A stretch of 64,000 nucleotides of DNA from IMG/VR virus record IMGVR_UViG_3300011114_000269, positions 130 through 64,129 of that record, one strand, 5' to 3'. Numbering within the stretch: the first letter of the stretch is position 1; each line of letters opens with the position of its first letter. Positions 43,901-52,355 of this stretch are shown piece after piece. A program made the position numbers and the translations under genes. Below the pieces are notes generated by a model. It worked only from the letters and a program-made list of their open reading frames with translations. It did no database searches and had not been told where the DNA came from. Source of the stretch: a virus (lineage: Duplodnaviria; Caudoviricetes).

Positions 43901-46442
43901 TTGTTGATACACCTGTCGTGCCACCAATTGTGAGTTTGTTGTAGGACTGACCGCCACCAGCAAATGTTCTTGCTGTTGTGCTGGTGTCAGACAAAACAAT
44001 GTTGGCAGTGCCTTTATATAAGGTTCCCGCTGTGTACGTCCACACCGATCCAGTACCAGAAAGCGTCCATGTTCCAGAACCCATTTTTAAGGTTCCAGCA
44101 GTTAACGTAAATAACCCCGTTGTCACGTTGTAGCTAACAGCATCAAACGTACCACTAGTCAGGGTCAGGGTTCGTGCGGAGTTCAGCGTAAAAGCATCTG
44201 CAAGTTGGACTGTTCCTGTAGAAGAATTAACAGTAATTGGGCATCCAAAAGTTATGGCATTGTTGGTAATGGTTTGAGTTCCGCGCCCGCCAAACGTAAT
44301 AGTTCCCGTTGTACTTGAGGATGTAACGCCTGTACCAAATAACCAATTACCGTAAACCGTTGGCGTATTAAAAGATGTATCCAACGTCATTGCACTTGTT
44401 CGCGCGGATGCATTAAAAGTTCCAATATTAAAAGAAGCATTAACAGTAATAGTTCCTGTCACACTACCCGTGTTATCAAACACCGCAGTGTCTTGAGCCA
44501 ATGGAAATTGATTGATGTCAGGCGTTCCACCAGAGCTAGGACACCAGCCCGTAGCACTCCAATTCTGAGCGCCAGCAAGGTTCCAGTACACAGTCTTAGC
44601 CGCAGGGAACGTGATGCTTGTGTTGCCACCGCAGTCCCCCGCCCTTGTTGGAGATGATCCTGCCGCAGCGCCAGCAATGGTGATGTCGCGGAAGTCGCAG
44701 TCGTCAGCAGACAGTGTGGCTACGGTAAGGGTGCGGGCAGTGCCAACCGTATCAGAACGCAAAAAGATGCGGCGTATTGCTGTGGCTCCAGCACAAGTCA
44801 GGGTTCCTGTGATGGTTTGGTTAGCGGCAAAAGTACATTGCATTAAACCTGCGGCAGCAGGGGCCGTTAGTGTTAAATTGTTAAATGTGTTTGCGCCAGT
44901 TATAGCGTGAGTTGTCGCCGTTGTTCCAGTAAACGATACGTTATAGAACGTCAACCCTCCAGTAGAAAAAGATATTGTTAATGTTGAGCTGCAATTTATT
45001 TGTGATGTTCCAGCATTAAATGTTAAATTTGTTACTGTTGACATAGAAACTGGAGAAGTGCTAACCAACGTAACTGTACTTGAACCAAGATTAATAGTTC
45101 TGACGTTGGAATTACTAGATATTATTTGACCAGCCGATATGTTAAAGTTTTTGGAGTCAAAAGTTCCGTTAGTGATGGTTATAGCTTGAGCGCTCATGCT
45201 CAGCGCGTCAGCGAGTTGGACTGTGCCGCCGTAGGAATCAACAGTTAGCGCTTGCGTAAATGTTTTACTTGCACTAGTAATTGTCTGCGTGTTGCGCCCT
45301 GAGTAAGTAAGTGCTGCTGTGCCAGATAGCGTTGTGCCAGAACCATTTTTCCAATCGCCATAAATAGTGAATGCAGTTGTTGCCAACGTCATTGCACTTG
45401 TACGACCAGACATATCTACCGTGCCGGTATAAGGGATGGCAGCATCCATCGTGATCGTGCCAGTCACCGAGCCAGCATTGGTGAATGTCGCGGTGTCTTG
45501 CGCTAATGGAAAATTGTCGGTTGATGGCGTACCTGTTGATGTGGTAGCCCAGCCTGTAGCAGACCAGTTCTGCGCCCCTGCGAGGTTCCAATACACCGTC
45601 TTGGCAGCATCAAACGTAATGCCAGAGCAACCAGCCAAATTGCCGATGCGTGTGCCAGAGATAGGTGCAGCAGTGCCAATGACGTAGATGTCGCGGAAGT
45701 CTGCATCAGTCAGGCTTGGTGCGCTGTTGATGGTCAGGGTATGAGCAATGCCGTAAGTATTTGAACGGAACCAAACTCGACGGTTTCCTGCTGTGCCTGT
45801 GGTGGACAGTGTGCCGTTGATGGTTTGTCTACCGGGTATCTGTACAATCCGCGCCCCTGCCACAGCCATGCCTGCAACGGTAATATTGTTAAAAATAGTC
45901 CCGTTTATTGATTGGGGTAAATTGTGCGTCCCTGCGGCTGTACTTGTAAAGCTGAGATTGTTAAACGTTAATGTCAAGGTAGCTATGTCAAACGCGGCAG
46001 ATGCCGCCGTCATAACTAGTGTAGAAGTACCAGCATTTAGCGTTAAGTTCAGCGGATTCCCTGTTGCCCATGCAAAACTGCTACTCGTTAGCGTAACTGT
46101 ACTACTGCCAAGATTAATCGTCCGTACATTAGTGTTGCTGGATGACAGTGATAAGGCAGTTACAGCGTAGTTGTTGGTGGTGAAGGTTCCTTGGGTTAAG
46201 GTAATTGCACCAGAACAAGTCAACGTGCCGCCAAGACTTAACGTCGCAGTGGCGGCGTTAATCGTTACCGAAATTACAGATACGTTGTAGTTTGTGGTTA
46301 CCGTAAAACTACTGTCAATCGTTACATCGTCAGCAGCGCCGGGGACAGACGCCCCACTAGCCCCGCCTGAAGTAGCAGACCAGTTAGCTGTAGTGGTAGC
46401 GTCCCAAGTACCTGTACCGCCTACCCAAAAACGTGCAGCCAT
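40920..46442 (-). CDS. Giant Thr/Gly-rich adhesin-like fibre (1840 aa)
   Basis: Repeated modules WxGGTGTWDATTT (x2) and YWNLAxxxNWSAxGW (x3); C-terminal LTGVxAxGxVGT repeats. Confidence 0.8.
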   Translation of the reverse strand: MAARFWVGGTGTWDATTTANWSATSGGASGASVPGAADDVTIDSSFTVTTNYNVSVISVTINAATATLSLGGTLTCSGAITLTQGTFTTNNYAVTALSLSSSNTNVRTINLGSSTVTLTSSSFAWATGNPLNLTLNAGTSTLVMTAASAAFDIATLTLTFNNLSFTSTAAGTHNLPQSINGTIFNNITVAGMAVAGARIVQIPGRQTINGTLSTTGTAGNRRVWFRSNTYGIAHTLTINSAPSLTDADFRDIYVIGTAAPISGTRIGNLAGCSGITFDAAKTVYWNLAGAQNWSATGWATTSTGTPSTDNFPLAQDTATFTNAGSVTGTITMDAAIPYTGTVDMSGRTSAMTLATTAFTIYGDWKNGSGTTLSGTAALTYSGRNTQTITSASKTFTQALTVDSYGGTVQLADALSMSAQAITITNGTFDSKNFNISAGQIISSNSNVRTINLGSSTVTLVSTSPVSMSTVTNLTFNAGTSQINCSSTLTISFSTGGLTFYNVSFTGTTATTHAITGANTFNNLTLTAPAAAGLMQCTFAANQTITGTLTCAGATAIRRIFLRSDTVGTARTLTVATLSADDCDFRDITIAGAAAGSSPTRAGDCGGNTSITFPAAKTVYWNLAGAQNWSATGWCPSSGGTPDINQFPLAQDTAVFDNTGSVTGTITVNASFNIGTFNASARTSAMTLDTSFNTPTVYGNWLFGTGVTSSSTTGTITFGGRGTQTITNNAITFGCPITVNSSTGTVQLADAFTLNSARTLTLTSGTFDAVSYNVTTGLFTLTAGTLKMGSGTWTLSGTGSVWTYTAGTLYKGTANIVLSDTSTTARTFAGGGQSYNKLTIGGTTGVSTTSITGNNQFTELASTKTVAHTITLDAGGTMTVGAWTVTGTVGNVVTVGGSTTMTVAGARVSGVDYLALGTTVISATSPGEFYAGANSTGGTNAILTAAPAAVTRYWRGGTGTWDATTTTNWSTTSGGVSGASVPTSADAVVFDSLSNATAYTVTCTATQLRCAALTMAGPATGNVTFAGTAPLAIHGNVSFAATGITRSYTGAITLSGSSTGRTFTTNGVTLASATTVNGVGCGWTLGSALDIGSSTLTVTNGSFSLATYNFTAGTINTNSAHTITINLGSSTVSLSSSAPIGFGSTESQRANFTFTASTSQINFTSLTSVTINGNNNTFYNASATTADFTTFTINGVNTFNNLTTAGRTSSGVSVVSFGANQTINGTLTISAGTNATMRQFLQSDTIGTTRTLTCAAFAGTDADFRDITIAGAAAPVSGTRLGDAKGNSGITFGAGVTRYWNLAAGGNWSAVGWAATSGGAPAVNNFPLAQDTALFEATGLTSGNTVTVNANYNIGTINMSARTSNTMTLATGTTTPTIYGNWVNGTGTTLTGTGTLTFAGRGSQTITSAGRTFAQSLTINSLGGTVTLQDALVVSRDDTLAFWLVAGTFNANNYNVTLSGTTFSRMSSDLTGSRTLALGSGLWTIAGFTTPWSATSSLTITGTGTISLTSASAKTFAGGGISYSGITLDQGGAGTLTISGNNTFKNITNTYSATGATNITLGTTTQTVTQFTGTGTSGKVLTIQGTSASSPGTLILSSGTVTTPDYLAITGVRAYSLSSTWYAGANSTNNGSLGWIFSSGVSGIVLAGVLASGGVGTITTSQEFLQALTGVFATGGVGTISIQPPALTNVFASGGVGTITTSQTVSFAVTGVSATGSLGTITTSQVFTKAITGNLATGFTGTINTSQALSRALTGNSASGAVGTVSYGRGYDISGVGASGAVGTVDTSQALTRVLTGVSASGIVGTIIPVSWQLINDSQNADWQLVNNTQTTTWQLVDTST

Positions 46443-46445
46443 GCT

Positions 46446-46616
46446 TTACTCCTGTGGAGTTTCAGCGGGAGGTGCAGTCACTATGGCAATCCAGTTGTCC
46501 ACACGTTGCTGCTTCATTGCCTGAATTTCAGCATCGGTGAGCGTGTGGTCATCAGGCAAATGCAGTGCATCTGCAAACTTGCCGTGGGCGGTTTCAAACT
46601 CAAAGTCGATTTTCAT
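46446..46616 (-). CDS. Small protein MKIDFEFETAHGKFADALHLPD... (56 aa, not in track)
   Basis: GGAGG RBS; fills the gap before the fibre gene. Confidence 0.7.
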   Translation of the reverse strand: MKIDFEFETAHGKFADALHLPDDHTLTDAEIQAMKQQRVDNWIAIVTAPPAETPQE

Positions 46617-46630
46617 TTCGACCTCCGCTA

Positions 46631-47122
46631 TTAAGTTGTAGCCAAGCGTACTAAAGCAGTCGTAGTGGTGTTGGAAGGCATGGTCAATGTTAACGTACCG
46701 GCAGTAATGGTCTGGGCGGTAAACGTGTGAACACTGATAGCCTTGTTGCTTTGTGTAGAGTTATAGATCAGCACAGTATCAAACGAAGTACTTAGTGTCA
46801 CAGTGGTGTACACAATACTTGCAGAGGGAGTCCAATACCCTACGCCCGCAGTTGCAGATGCGTTTGTAGATGTCGGAGCCGTTGCGTTGGTTACCGTTAC
46901 TCCACCAGCAGTGTAGTTTGTTCCCGTTACTTCACCAGTAGCTGAATACGCAGTAGTACCAGCATTAATAGTAGCTGAGGCAAGGTATAGCGCCGCTTTT
47001 ACTGTATCCGTAGTAGGCGCAGTTAAACTGCCGCGAGAGACAATAGTAGAAGTGCCAAGCTGGTGTTGGCCCAACATCAATTCACCAAGGAACGATGTGC
47101 ACATTGATTGAGTATTTGCCAT
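46631..47122 (-). CDS. Virion structural protein, paralog of 47320..47736
   Basis: TSF..KxALY..YTAGG..LIYN shared by both. Confidence 0.7.
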   Translation of the reverse strand: MANTQSMCTSFLGELMLGQHQLGTSTIVSRGSLTAPTTDTVKAALYLASATINAGTTAYSATGEVTGTNYTAGGVTVTNATAPTSTNASATAGVGYWTPSASIVYTTVTLSTSFDTVLIYNSTQSNKAISVHTFTAQTITAGTLTLTMPSNTTTTALVRLATT

Positions 47123-47131
47123 GATATTTCC

Positions 47132-47323
47132 TTAAAAAGAAGCTGTTTCCCCGCCCGCAAAGGTAGGCATTTTTTTCAACGTCACATGCGCTGATCGGTG
47201 AACCAATTCGCCGTCGAGCCAATACTCGACCCACGTTGTCAGTTCATTCTCATTATCAACCGTGCCTTCCCGTTTTTCCAACAAGGAATCGTCCATGTCG
47301 CCTTTGGTGGTAGTAACAATCAA
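47132..47323 (-). CDS. Conserved small protein
   Basis: WVEYWLDGELVHRSAHV. Confidence 0.65.
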   Translation of the reverse strand: MIVTTTKGDMDDSLLEKREGTVDNENELTTWVEYWLDGELVHRSAHVTLKKMPTFAGGETASF

Positions 47324-47736
47324 TTTGAACTCCTAATAAGTGCAGTGGTTGAGGTGTTAGCGGGCATGGTGATTGTAAACGTGGTGGTCGATGTTTTGTC
47401 AGACCCAAAATCCAAAACCGCTACAGATTTATTGCCCTTGGATGCGTTGTAAATCAAAGCGCACCGGGCAGTCAAAGCTGCCGTCCAAGACACGTTATCC
47501 CAGTTCACATACGCCACATACCCGGCGTAATTGATCGCCACCCCTGTCATGACCTGACCGCCAGCCGTGTAGCCTGAAGCAACTACTTCCCCGGAGGTTG
47601 TGTACACCGTAGTGGCCTCGTTCAAATCCGCATTACCCGTATACAGCGCAATCTTGATCGTGTCTGTGGACAAGTCGTGGATAGCCTGATACAACTCCGT
47701 TTTGAAGCTGGTAGTCTGGGTTTGGACAATGCTCAT
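47320..47736 (-). CDS. Virion structural protein
   Basis: KIALYT, YTAGG, ALIYN, VLDFGSDK. Confidence 0.7.
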   Translation of the reverse strand: MSIVQTQTTSFKTELYQAIHDLSTDTIKIALYTGNADLNEATTVYTTSGEVVASGYTAGGQVMTGVAINYAGYVAYVNWDNVSWTAALTARCALIYNASKGNKSVAVLDFGSDKTSTTTFTITMPANTSTTALIRSSN

Positions 47737-48587
47737 TTCACTGCCTGCCTAAATTGACCGCTGCGATATGCGTCTTGACGTTCCATGCCATCACCTAAAC
47801 GTTTAGCCAAAACTATTGCTTCCATGTATTTCTGGTTGTACAAAGCTACTAAATCTTGCTCACCTTTCATAAAGGTGTAAGCCTCTACCAATGAGCCATA
47901 CAACAACACCGTGTCAAAATTATCGCCAAGCCAAGTTGTTGTGGCAGTAGTGATTGACTCGGGATAGTAATAGTAGTGAAGTTCTGCGGAGTAAGTTGTA
48001 TCCGGCGTTGGGCCAAGAATAAAACTTAACTCATTAGAGATGGTAGAGCCTGATACCGTTGGGCCAAACAATGCATAGTACTTTGGAGTTCCTGTGCTTG
48101 TTGAACTTGGATAAGCTTCCCGAATAAAGTTTACATCTTTGTTGAGCAAAAATATGTAATCCCCACCGCCATAAGGAAACACCGCCAATGAATATGGAGC
48201 TAAAAAATCATCTGGGCAAGACAAATACTTATTACTAGCAGTAATTGTTCCAGTCACATTTTTACGCAACGAAGGAAACTGCACCGAATTGTAGATGCGC
48301 TGCTCAGCTTGTTGAATAAAACGGTTAATTTGGTCTGTTTGTGTAGACGTTGTAACTAATGCGGCTGTACCAGTCCCAGTACCTGCTCCTGTAGCGGTAA
48401 AAGTTACCCCCACAGTATTGGCAGAAGCACCAATTGATGTAAAGCTAGTTGTGCCAACAGTATTAATTATGTAACTTGAACCAATAGTGAAACTTCCAGC
48501 CGTATACAAACTACCGACAACGGTAATTGTCGGAAAGTTATTTTCCGTGTAAGCCTGTATCGCGGACGAAAGCTCAGAATAGTTCAT
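47733..48587 (-). CDS. Head-tail adaptor-like protein
   Basis: FIQQAEQRIY; LGPTPD; LLYGSLVEAY. Confidence 0.65.
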   Translation of the reverse strand: MNYSELSSAIQAYTENNFPTITVVGSLYTAGSFTIGSSYIINTVGTTSFTSIGASANTVGVTFTATGAGTGTGTAALVTTSTQTDQINRFIQQAEQRIYNSVQFPSLRKNVTGTITASNKYLSCPDDFLAPYSLAVFPYGGGDYIFLLNKDVNFIREAYPSSTSTGTPKYYALFGPTVSGSTISNELSFILGPTPDTTYSAELHYYYYPESITTATTTWLGDNFDTVLLYGSLVEAYTFMKGEQDLVALYNQKYMEAIVLAKRLGDGMERQDAYRSGQFRQAVK

Positions 48588-48847
48588 GCCATCGGGCCTC
48601 GTGCCATCACGCCTTTGGTAGCTGCGCCAGTACCACGGATTTTGATTCCGCTAGTTTTTGCAGGCTCATCACCCGCAGATTTACTGATATTGCCAAGGCT
48701 AATATCAACAGTATCTAACTTGCTACGGTTTGGTTCTTTGCCGGGGTTGGTAGCAATACTCATAGCCTTACCAGCCATCGTATGCGGTTTCGCGTAGACG
48801 GCAGCAGAGCCAACTTCTTTACCCATTTTCTTCATGCTATAGGCCAT
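48584..48847 (-). CDS. Small basic virion-module protein
   Basis: GIKIRGTGAATKG C-terminus. Confidence 0.65.
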   Translation of the reverse strand: MAYSMKKMGKEVGSAAVYAKPHTMAGKAMSIATNPGKEPNRSKLDTVDISLGNISKSAGDEPAKTSGIKIRGTGAATKGVMARGPMA

Positions 48848-48851
48848 GATA

Positions 48852-49052
48852 TTACCCCGTTTTCTGGTTAGCTGCGCGGGACAGATTACGACCCATACGC
48901 ATACGGTCATCCGTAGTAGGGCCACCTTTTTTAAGCTTTAAGGTTGTACCTTTGCCGCCTTTGTGTTCTTGCGCATCGTGCTGCTTGAACGCTTTTTTAA
49001 TCATGGCCTTGTCTTGCGCCACATCACTTTTCATGCTCTCTTTAGCCATCAT
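48852..49052 (-). CDS. Small basic protein
   Basis: LKKGG motif; AGGAG RBS. Confidence 0.6.
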   Translation of the reverse strand: MMAKESMKSDVAQDKAMIKKAFKQHDAQEHKGGKGTTLKLKKGGPTTDDRMRMGRNLSRAANQKTG

Positions 49053-49058
49053 GCACTC

Positions 49059-49448
49059 CTATGAAACCGTTATTGTTACCGTGCCAACACTTGTAACCCC
49101 AATTAAATAATTAGGCGTTAAAACTGTATCAAAAAAACTAGCGCCACCTACAGGATACCAGCCCCATTGAATGTCCCGAGAACCACCAGCAGGATACCCA
49201 TTTACATTGTTACCTGAAGTCACATATGTTGTGTCCTTCCTTGGATTACGCAGTGCTTGCGGGTCTTCAACTGGGAATGTACCAAGCATTAATTGCGGCT
49301 GGTCTGGATTCCAGCAATCAGGGCATACTAAAAGCTCGTACTTTCGTTGTTTAACTATTTCCGTCTTTAACTTTTTTAGCTTAAATTGAAATCCACAACG
49401 ATCACATTCTGCAATCGCCTTTTTACCAGAGGCAAACCTATTAGGCAT
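49059..49448 (-). CDS. Zn-ribbon virion-module protein
   Basis: CDRCG..CPDCW; DPQALRNPR. Confidence 0.7.
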   Translation of the reverse strand: MPNRFASGKKAIAECDRCGFQFKLKKLKTEIVKQRKYELLVCPDCWNPDQPQLMLGTFPVEDPQALRNPRKDTTYVTSGNNVNGYPAGGSRDIQWGWYPVGGASFFDTVLTPNYLIGVTSVGTVTITVS

Positions 49449-50374
49449 TACGAATTCCCAATAAACATTTGACGGGGAACAAAACGTATCGCTGCCTTTT
49501 CGCGGTCTTCATCTGCGGCTAATTGCCATGCTTCATCATATTGAGCTTTAAGAATTGGCAGACGATCCATGCCGCTTGGTACTTTTTGGGCTACGTAATA
49601 CGCCAGTCCTGCAATCATGCAAGGTAAAAATCTAAATGGTACATCCATTGTGTTTACACCGCCACCAGCATCATTAACCCGGCGCATACGCCAGTAAACA
49701 AATTGGTAGGTTGTAGAGTTGTCCGGCGTAGGCCAGAGAGTAACTCTTGGAATGTTTTGTATGGCTACTGCATCACCAGATGAATGGGAGGCAGCAGTGG
49801 TATTGTTCTGCCCACGGGCGCAACTATATAGGGTATTCCCTGATATGTACCCATAGTAAATGGTTTCTGTGCCAACTAATATATAACCTGTAGCTGGCAA
49901 ACTGGTAGCAGATGTTACAGAAATAGTAGTATCTGTAGCTGTAATAGCGGCGCTTAGTGTAGTAATAGAAGCTGTAGTCTGCCCATCAAGCCTTTGAAAC
50001 CACATTTGAATTGGGCGGGCTTGTTGAAGTTTATTGGGAATCGTAGCGTAGGTGCTAACACTAATCCGGGTAATAGTCAGGTCAGCTTGAGTAGATGCTG
50101 TGTTGGAGCCGGTACGAATTACATGCTCTAACAAGTCTACTGTGTCGCTAGGAATTGGATAGGTGTTTAGGCCCGGAACTAAATTAATAGTTCCTTGCTC
50201 AAACGTCCACATGTTTACGCCACGATTTGCCCAGTCAGCAAACATGATATTAAGGCTACGCCGTGCAGTACGTAAATCGTAACCCGTGCGCAATTCAGAA
50301 CCAGCACGTTCAAATGCTTCCTCGACTATTTCACTTAAATCAAGGTTAAAAGTGGCGGTTCCAGAAGTGGTCAT
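49448..50374 (-). CDS. Neck / head-completion protein
   Basis: IVEEAFER..TARRSLN..WANRG; PFRFLPC. Confidence 0.65.
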   Translation of the reverse strand: MTTSGTATFNLDLSEIVEEAFERAGSELRTGYDLRTARRSLNIMFADWANRGVNMWTFEQGTINLVPGLNTYPIPSDTVDLLEHVIRTGSNTASTQADLTITRISVSTYATIPNKLQQARPIQMWFQRLDGQTTASITTLSAAITATDTTISVTSATSLPATGYILVGTETIYYGYISGNTLYSCARGQNNTTAASHSSGDAVAIQNIPRVTLWPTPDNSTTYQFVYWRMRRVNDAGGGVNTMDVPFRFLPCMIAGLAYYVAQKVPSGMDRLPILKAQYDEAWQLAADEDREKAAIRFVPRQMFIGNS

Positions 50375-50631
50375 TATTTATTCCTTGCGGCTTTCATATT
50401 ATCCACGAGATTAGGGTAAGGACGACCAGCAGCTTTAGCCATTGCTTTAGCTTTGGCTTTTTTACTTGAGCTTAAAGCTTTTGGCGCACCTAAATTTTTA
50501 GGCCGGGGCTTATTCCACACTTCCCCGCCTTCAGCGTATTGCGTGAAATCAGTATTGTCCCTACGTGGCATGGTCTTGCCCTTGGGCATCTTGGAGGGGG
50601 AAATATCCCCCATTCCACGACTGGCTCTCAC
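50374..50631 (-). CDS. Small basic protein
   Basis: GTG overlapping the upstream TGA; AGRPYPNLVDNM. Confidence 0.6.
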   Translation of the reverse strand: MRASRGMGDISPSKMPKGKTMPRRDNTDFTQYAEGGEVWNKPRPKNLGAPKALSSSKKAKAKAMAKAAGRPYPNLVDNMKAARNK

Positions 50632-50873
50632 TTTGTCATCCCACCGCCACACATAATAAATGTGCCACGAGTTTTGCCACGTTGAGCAATGCCATCAGCA
50701 CGAGCAGATGCAGAGCCGCCTTTAGCCATTTTTTTAACAGTAGGATTTACAAAACCGCGACCAGCACCAGCAGATGCAGATTTAGGTTCTGTTTTATCAA
50801 TGGCATCATAAGCTTCAGTAGCCTTTTTACGGGCTTTTTCATCCGCTACGTCTTGGGGGGTTTTATCTTCCAT
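50628..50873 (-). CDS. Small protein with RADGIAQRGKT motif
   Basis: Paralogous C-terminus. Confidence 0.65.
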   Translation of the reverse strand: MEDKTPQDVADEKARKKATEAYDAIDKTEPKSASAGAGRGFVNPTVKKMAKGGSASARADGIAQRGKTRGTFIMCGGGMTK

Positions 50874-50882
50874 GATTTTTCC

Positions 50883-51467
50883 TTAGCACATTTTGCCTTT
50901 AGTCTTACCGCGTTGGGCAATACCATCAGCACGTTTGGATGCAGAACTTACCGAGCCGCCAGAAGCCATTTTTTTGACTGCTCCACCTTTTGCATATTCA
51001 CTGCCGCCACGACGAGTGCCTTTAAACATATTTTTAATATCTGCAATAGACCCACCATACAAATCAACACCACGGCCTTGCTCCATAACAGTGCCTTGAC
51101 CACGAGGACGCATTTTATTTCGACCTTCGTTGCTAGATATAGGAGCTTCTTGTCCGGGGCGTACAGGCATACGAACCGGTGCGCTTGATTCACCTCGTCG
51201 GGTCAAACCCTGTTGTTTGTTTAGGTAGTCGCGCAGGCTAAGGCCAGATGCAGCAAGCTGCTCTTTGGTAACCATTGGTGTGCGTTTAACAGTAGGTGCT
51301 GGCATAGAAACACTAGGATTGCCTTTTCCTTCTAAAGCTTGTTTAGAAACTTGTTCTTCAGCTTCTATAACTGGTGCAACTTTGTTTGCTGAACGCTCAG
51401 CAGCAGCAGCGCGAATTTGCTCTTCTACTGAGTCATCATCTTCATAGACAGGACGAGATATAGCCAT
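50883..51467 (-). CDS. Protein with KGG and RADGIAQRGKT motifs
   Basis: Paralogous C-terminus; AAGGAG RBS. Confidence 0.65.
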   Translation of the reverse strand: MAISRPVYEDDDSVEEQIRAAAAERSANKVAPVIEAEEQVSKQALEGKGNPSVSMPAPTVKRTPMVTKEQLAASGLSLRDYLNKQQGLTRRGESSAPVRMPVRPGQEAPISSNEGRNKMRPRGQGTVMEQGRGVDLYGGSIADIKNMFKGTRRGGSEYAKGGAVKKMASGGSVSSASKRADGIAQRGKTKGKMC

Positions 51468-51477
51468 GATTTACTCC

Positions 51478-51864
51478 TTAACGGGCCATGCCGCCACGCT
51501 TCATAACAATTTCTTTGCCTTTGGTTTTGCCTTTGGAAACAATACCATCTGCACTCTTATGACCAGATGAAAGACCGCCAGAAGCCATCTTCTTAGCCAT
51601 GCCACCTTTTTTCATTCCGGTGGCTTCAGCCATTTCATGCTTCATCATAGAAGCAGGAGCACCTTTTTTCTTCATAAAAGAAACTTCTTTTTTCATCATT
51701 GCTTTAGATTCAGCCATATCACCACCTTTAGAAAATTTGCGGCCCTTGTCCGCAGTTGTGAAATCTTTTCCCACAGACTGCGGGACTCCTACTTTCTTGG
51801 CAAACGCTGGCGAGTGAGCTATCGCAGCCATGAAATTGTGTTGTTTTTTGCTAGTTGAGGGCAC
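51478..51864 (-). CDS. Lys/Met-rich small protein
   Basis: KGG repeats; SADGIVSKGKTKG. Confidence 0.65.
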   Translation of the reverse strand: MPSTSKKQHNFMAAIAHSPAFAKKVGVPQSVGKDFTTADKGRKFSKGGDMAESKAMMKKEVSFMKKKGAPASMMKHEMAEATGMKKGGMAKKMASGGLSSGHKSADGIVSKGKTKGKEIVMKRGGMAR

Positions 51865-52099
51865 TTCTTTGCTCCCTCATAAATGCATCAAGTTTCTCAT
51901 CCATTCGATCAAGCCGAGCTATTACACGGTTAATGTCTGCATGCATATCATTCTTGGTTACAAACTTTTCCGCATGTTCCTCGCGGGTTTTGCTTAAAAG
52001 AATACCAAGCCGTTTAACTTCATCATAGGAAACTTTTACCCAAAACAATAAAACTGCGGATAAAAATGACAAAAAAACATTCCAGACTGGGAGTTCCAT
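51851..52099 (-). CDS. Single-TM coiled-coil protein
   Basis: N-terminal TM; LLSKTREE. Confidence 0.65.
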   Translation of the reverse strand: MELPVWNVFLSFLSAVLLFWVKVSYDEVKRLGILLSKTREEHAEKFVTKNDMHADINRVIARLDRMDEKLDAFMREQRSALN

Positions 52100-52100
52100 A

Positions 52101-52355
52101 TTAGCACTTCCATCTAGCTAAAGAAGCCGCCTTACGGGTAGGCTTACCTTTTTCGTCTTTCATTGGCCCCGGCATACCCGACATACGGGCGCAGAACGAT
52201 TTTTTACGTGGGCCACCTTCAGGTTGTGGAGCCTTTAGGTTAGACCCTGTTGCTGCGTTGTACTTTGCACGGCCCTTAGCTGTTAACCCAGCCCCTTTAG
52301 AAACCGGAAGTTTTTCACCGCGACCTACTGCAAGGGATGGAGTTTTCTTAGCCAT
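52101..52355 (-). CDS. Conserved basic phage protein
   Basis: GLTAKGR..RKKSFCARM..RWKC. Confidence 0.7.
   Translation of the reverse strand: MAKKTPSLAVGRGEKLPVSKGAGLTAKGRAKYNAATGSNLKAPQPEGGPRKKSFCARMSGMPGPMKDEKGKPTRKAASLARWKC

Noticed and set aside
39260-46442. Diversity-generating retroelement acting on the fibres
   Set aside because: No reverse transcriptase and no adenine-only-divergent repeat pair seen
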